Source: Clostridia bacterium
GTDB taxonomy: Bacteria; Bacillota; Clostridia; Oscillospirales; CAG-272
DNA length: 64,000 nucleotides
Assembly (NCBI GenBank): GCA_017450965.1
Contig: JAFSSQ010000023.1
Coordinates: forward strand, 30,074 to 94,073
Reading direction: 5' to 3'
A program made the translations under genes and the position numbers. Under the pieces are notes generated by a model. The model was given only the letters and a program-made list of their open reading frames with translations. It was not told the DNA's origin and searched no databases. Numbering within the stretch: the stretch's first letter is position 1; each line of letters begins with the position of its first letter. This document shows positions 63,355 through 64,000 of this stretch, piece by piece.

Positions 63355-64000
63355 ATGCACCAGATTTCCTTCCCCGGGCTCGGGATCGGAGAGTTTACCG
63401 TCAAAAGCGAGGCGTTCTCGCTCTTTGGCAGGAGCGTGGCGTGGTACGGCGTTATCATCACCGTCGGCATCATCTGCGCCTATCTCTACGCCTGCCGCCG
63501 CGGGAAACAGTCGGAGGGCATCGATCCCGATACGATGACCGACCTGACCTTTTTTACGGTGATCATCGGCATCATCGGCGCCCGGCTCTACTATGTCCTG
63601 TTCAAGCTGGAGGAGTATAAGACCTTCTACGACGTGATCGCCGTCTGGAACGGCGGACTTGCCATCTACGGCGGGATCATCGCCGGTGCGCTGACGGTGA
63701 TCGTCTTCTGCAAGATCCGCCGCCTGAACGTGCTGAAGTTTCTGGACGCCGCCTGCCCGGGCGTGATGATCGCGCAGGCGATCGGGCGCTGGGGGAACTT
63801 CATGAACGCGGAAGCGTACGGCAGCGAGACGGAGATCTTCTGCCGGATGGGGATCCGGAACGTTTTCGGCGAGGTGCATTACTATCACCCCACCTTCTTT
63901 TACGAGTCCCTCTGGAACGTGATCGGCTTCGTTCTCATCAACCGGTTTTATAAGAAAAAGAAGTTCAACGGCGAGATCTGTTTCGCCTATTTCGCCTGGT
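63355..64000 (+). CDS. lgt: prolipoprotein diacylglyceryl transferase (3' end beyond window)
   Basis: Hand-translated from ATG 63355 as MHQISFPGLGIGEF...WNGGLAIYGGII...GRWGNFMNAEAYG (Lgt signature). Open to the window end, hence absent from the ORF track. Confidence 0.85.
   Translation, partial: MHQISFPGLGIGEFTVKSEAFSLFGRSVAWYGVIITVGIICAYLYACRRGKQSEGIDPDTMTDLTFFTVIIGIIGARLYYVLFKLEEYKTFYDVIAVWNGGLAIYGGIIAGALTVIVFCKIRRLNVLKFLDAACPGVMIAQAIGRWGNFMNAEAYGSETEIFCRMGIRNVFGEVHYYHPTFFYESLWNVIGFVLINRFYKKKKFNGEICFAYFAW

Overview
High-GC Firmicutes/Clostridia-type chromosomal segment. The taxon is an inference from gene content, GGAGG Shine-Dalgarno usage and composition; no database search was possible. 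Layout: (1) 1-8.8 kb holds housekeeping genes: a GlpA-like flavoprotein/oxidoreductase/DUF1667 trio, a serine hydrolase, ppa, a KDPG-type aldolase, an SDR, pyk, and an HTH regulator plus membrane protein. (2) 9.0-25.3 kb is a complete S10-spc-alpha ribosomal superoperon of 31 genes (rpsJ to rplQ, including secY, adk, map, infA, rpmJ, rpoA). It sits behind a near-consensus promoter and a hairpin-rich leader of about 345 nt. (3) 25.3-31.8 kb is a lower-GC accessory patch. It contains a zinc-ribbon/L7-L12-CTD/zinc-ribbon protein, a flavodoxin-like protein, and tRNA-Lys(UUU) whose 3' end is duplicated 174 bp downstream (att-like scar). It also contains an insulated, translationally coupled two-gene membrane module: a zinc-ribbon polytopic protein plus a 1145-aa signal-peptide giant. 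I recognise no domain in either protein, and this module is my best candidate for an undescribed system. (4) 31.8-37.5 kb is a corrinoid methyltransferase operon: an AraC regulator fused in frame to the corrinoid protein, two UroD/MtaA-like methyltransferases, DUF2284 and a RamA/RACo-like activase. (5) 37.7-52.3 kb holds a membrane protein, an AraC regulator, four consecutive NAD(P) oxidoreductases, three paralogous C-terminally anchored surface proteins (one with a GH43 domain) and an orphan solute-binding lipoprotein. (6) 52.4-64 kb holds a palindrome cluster, a CaCA antiporter, two tandem PstS-fold lipoprotein paralogs, a GH-like lipoprotein, a hemolysin-III protein, an M16 peptidase pair and the start of lgt. 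Three real genes are absent from the supplied ORF track: rpmJ (37 aa), tRNA-Lys, and lgt (runs off the 3' edge). Several track ORFs have over-extended N-termini, and many long antisense ORFs are GC artefacts. All functional calls rest on my own reading of motifs and remembered family signatures.
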